DNA of 64,000 nucleotides, taken from Eutreptiella sp. 'Long Island Sound 2002'. Its lineage: Eukaryota > Protista > Euglenida. Of this stretch, positions 61,261 through 64,000 are shown in pieces (position 1 is the stretch's first letter; every line of letters begins with the position of its first letter). The notes beneath the pieces are model-generated. The model saw nothing but the letters and a program-made list of their open reading frames with translations. It was not told where the DNA came from and did no database searches. Location: positions 76,012,001 to 76,076,000 of the forward strand of contig OZ038379.1 in assembly GCA_964036045.1 (NCBI GenBank). Reading direction: 5' to 3'. Made by a program: the position numbers and the translations under genes.

Positions 61261-64000
61261 GACTATGTGGATGCAAAGGGGCGCCGTGTGGGCGACGAGG
61301 GGTTTGTGCCCCCCACAAGCGCAACGAAGCGTGCGCTGCCCGCTGGGTGCTACGACGACGGGTACCGCGACGCCAATGGCCGTCGGCCTGGGGATGTTGG
61401 GTTTGTCCCGCCACTCCTCGCACAGGAGGGCAAGACCGCTGCAGACATGCAGAGGGAGCTCCCGTCGGGATATGACCGCAACTATCGGGATGCGGCAGGT
61501 CGCAAACCTGGTGATAAGGGGTTCGTGGCGCCCACAGGAAAGCCGTTTGTGATGCGTGACTCAGAGACAGGGCTGGTGTCTTTTGTGCGCCCTGTGGCGG
61601 CACAGGCGCCAGATTCCCCACGGCAAAGGCTGCAGCAAGGTCCCCATGGCGCCGATGAAGGGGCGGTGCTGTTGCCGCAGTCGTCACTGCACAGCCAGGC
61701 ATCCCCGCATAGCCTGGGGCAGACCAGCACATGCACCAGCAGCTCGTTCAATTCTCCTCACAGCCCGCAAGGAAGCCCCGGGCAGGCCAGCCATACCCCG
61801 TCAGACTCTGGCACGGAGGTGGTTGCGGAGTTCCCGGTGATTACTGGGTACACTGCTGAGTACGTGGACACCCGGGGGCTGGTGCCGGGGCAGAAGGGGT
61901 TCCAACCTCCTGTGATCAATGACGCCAAGGGGCCCAAGCGGCCACTGCCTGCCGGGGGCTATGATCGGGACTACATTGACGCGCAGGCGCGGCGCCCCGG
62001 TAACAGGGGCTTTGTGCCCCCGCTGCGGGGCATCACCGACCCGGTCGCGCGTGCAGAGAAGGCTGCTGGGCTGGCGCAGGGGTACGACCAGGACTACCGT
62101 GACTCGGAGGGGCGGTGCCTGTCTGACGAGGGGTTTATCCCTCCGGTCTACACACAGGAATATGTGGACCCAGATGGGCACTGTCCAGGGGAGCAGGGCT
62201 TCATGCCACCGGTTGGGGGCGGTGATCCCATGGACTACGGGGCATACAACGCCCATTACCGTGATCGCGAGGGCCGCAAGCCTGGTGAAGAGGGCTTTGA
62301 GCCACCCCTTGCCAGCCGCGGCCAGAGCCCCCGGGAGGGCTACGACGAGTTTTACCGTGATGCCCGGGGGCACAAGGTGGGCAATGCCGGCTTCCTGCCG
62401 CCCACCAAGACACAGCCAGTTGTCATGTATGACAAGCAGAAGGGGATCGTGCACATTGTGCCCAAGGCTCCTTCAACCCCGGCCTCCAGCCCCGATGCCC
62501 TGGAATCCAGGCCCGTAGAGATACCGTTCACCTTTCCGGTGTACACCGATGCCTACGTGGATGACTATGGCCGCAAGGTGGGAGAGACTGGGTTCATGCC
62601 GCCAGGCCACGTTGGGATGCCCCTCCCTGAAGGGGGCTACACCGACCAATACCGGGACCGGGCCGGGCGGAAGCCTGGCGAGCGAGGGTTTGTGCCGCCC
62701 AAGGCCTACATCGAGGGGAAGACCCCGGAGCAAATGGCGCTGGAGCTGCCCCAGGGCTTTGATGAGGGCTACTTCGACTCTGAAGGCCGGCAAATGGGAC
62801 ACCCTGACTTCCGTGCACCAGCGCCGCGCCCAACCGACGGCCTCTTGGGCCTCGAGGAGAGCGGCTTCCAACCAAACTCCTCCATCTATTACCAGCAGAG
62901 CTTCTGCGATGCGTCCGGCCTCATGCCCGGCGATGACGGTTTCATGCCGCCGGGAAAGAAGCGGGCAATGGAGGCGGGCACCTACGATGACCACTACGTG
63001 GACCCCAGTGGCAAAGTTGCGGGGGAGCCAGGGTTCGTGCCACCCGGCAAGACCTTTGGCCTCCTGGAGGGCTATGACGAGTTCTACCGTGACCCGAATG
63101 GCTTTGGCCCCAGCGACCCCAGATTCACCCCACCAAAGGTCAAGATCCCATCCCAAGGGTCGCAGAGGAAGATAGTGCGCCGCCGGTCCACGGCGCCCAC
63201 AATTCGTCGCATCACGGGGCTGCGGTACCATTTGGACTCCGTGAGGCGGCCCATCGGGGTGCTCTTGGACATGTCTGGCAAGCCCATCTACTATACATCC
63301 GCCTGGCCCGCAGTGGTGTGGTCCACCGATGTGGGCGCCCACGTGGCCATCGCAGACACGATGGTAGACGATGTGGCATCTGCCAATCCGGACCTGCTGG
63401 TGGTGGACCGCAGCCCACTCACCAACCTGCACACTGGCCGGCCACTGAGCCTCAAGCGCGCGCGGCGCATTGCGCACTACCTGTGTGACAAGTCTGCGAA
63501 TTTCCACGCCCACTCACTCGACCCAGTCACGGATGTGTACGGGGACACCTGCTTTGACAAGACCGGGCGGCCCATCTTTGTTGTCAAGCCCAAGGAGTGG
63601 GTGAGGGCCCCAGACGGCAGCAAGGTCCTGGATGCGACCGGCCAGCCCATCTCCCAGCACACCGCCCAGCGCTACCTGGGCATTCCCCCGGGAGAGGCCC
63701 ACATGTGGGTGGCGGAGGTGGAGGTCTCCGACAAGGGCCAGGTGCTGTACAACGTTGATGGGAGCCCGCAGCTGCGAGTCGTGAAGTCAAAGAAGACGAA
63801 CATTGTGATCAAGGGGCCCTCTGGCAAGGCCCTACAGAATGTGGACAGCAAGGCCTTCACGCGGGGAGAGCTGCAGACAATGGCGGGGCAAAACAAGGTG
63901 CTGGTGCTCTCCCGCAGACGCCAGGACGCAGTGCCTGCCCGATCAGAGGAGCACCCAATGGCGCTGGTGGTGGATCAGTCGGGCGGGCCAGTGTATGACC
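61261..64000 (+). CDS. Giant gene exon 7 (open at window end): 15 further repeat copies (first is the intron-split copy 45), then a second repeat-like region
   Basis: Absent from the ORF track. Acceptor CCCACAG|GAC gives TYTQ|DYVDAKGRRVGDEGFVPP, which completes the split repeat. I saw no stop in this frame in the stretches I translated (61261-61980, 62521-62580, 63121-63600, 63901-64000); the repeat register is kept in between. Confidence 0.9.

Noticed and set aside
62473-63513. 346-aa minus-strand ORF and similar antisense ORFs (34084..34944, 35506..36195, 36256..36864, 61801..62454)
   Set aside because: Shadows of the GC-rich + strand repeat exons.

Overview
Eukaryotic, protist-like genomic DNA: about 50-55% GC (by eye), with many G/C homopolymer runs and dense repeats. 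No rRNA, tRNA or CRISPR array was recognised. (1) One giant + strand gene covers almost the whole window. It has seven exons (4823-6310, 24710-25729, 27816-28346, 30192-30641, 31370-32053, 32563-37599, 61261->64000) joined by six GT-AG introns, all phase 0, and is still open at the window edge (about 3,980+ aa). It encodes articulin/epiplasmin-like VPV/VEK repeats, five C2-like domains, about 59 copies of an unrecognised 22-aa YxDxxGxxPG[DE]xGFxPP motif in higher-order units, and a second beta-hairpin-type repeat region. The articulin-like repeats suggest a euglenid or similar pellicle-bearing protist (inference only). (2) Intron 1 (18.4 kb) holds the most striking element, a 9,065-bp DNA transposon (10655-19719) with 35-bp TIRs. 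It carries a RAG1/Transib-type transposase, a TET/JBP-type dioxygenase, a PhyH-type dioxygenase linked to a Cys cluster and a decayed PHD finger, a possible JmjC remnant and a coiled-coil gene. These modules are separated by four arrays of the perfect palindrome GTATACGGCCGTATAC. The transposase frame is restored exactly by removing a 1.6-kb LINE insertion with a 17-bp TSD. (3) Intron 6 (23.7 kb) holds decayed non-LTR retrotransposons (2A-like motif, APE, RT, Zn knuckle, an RNase H-like relic, a twin-priming inversion), a second DDE transposase relic and satellites. Three small TIR elements with clear TSDs (3, 7 and 8 bp) lie in introns 2 and 6. All protein family calls come from motif recognition by eye; no database search was run.
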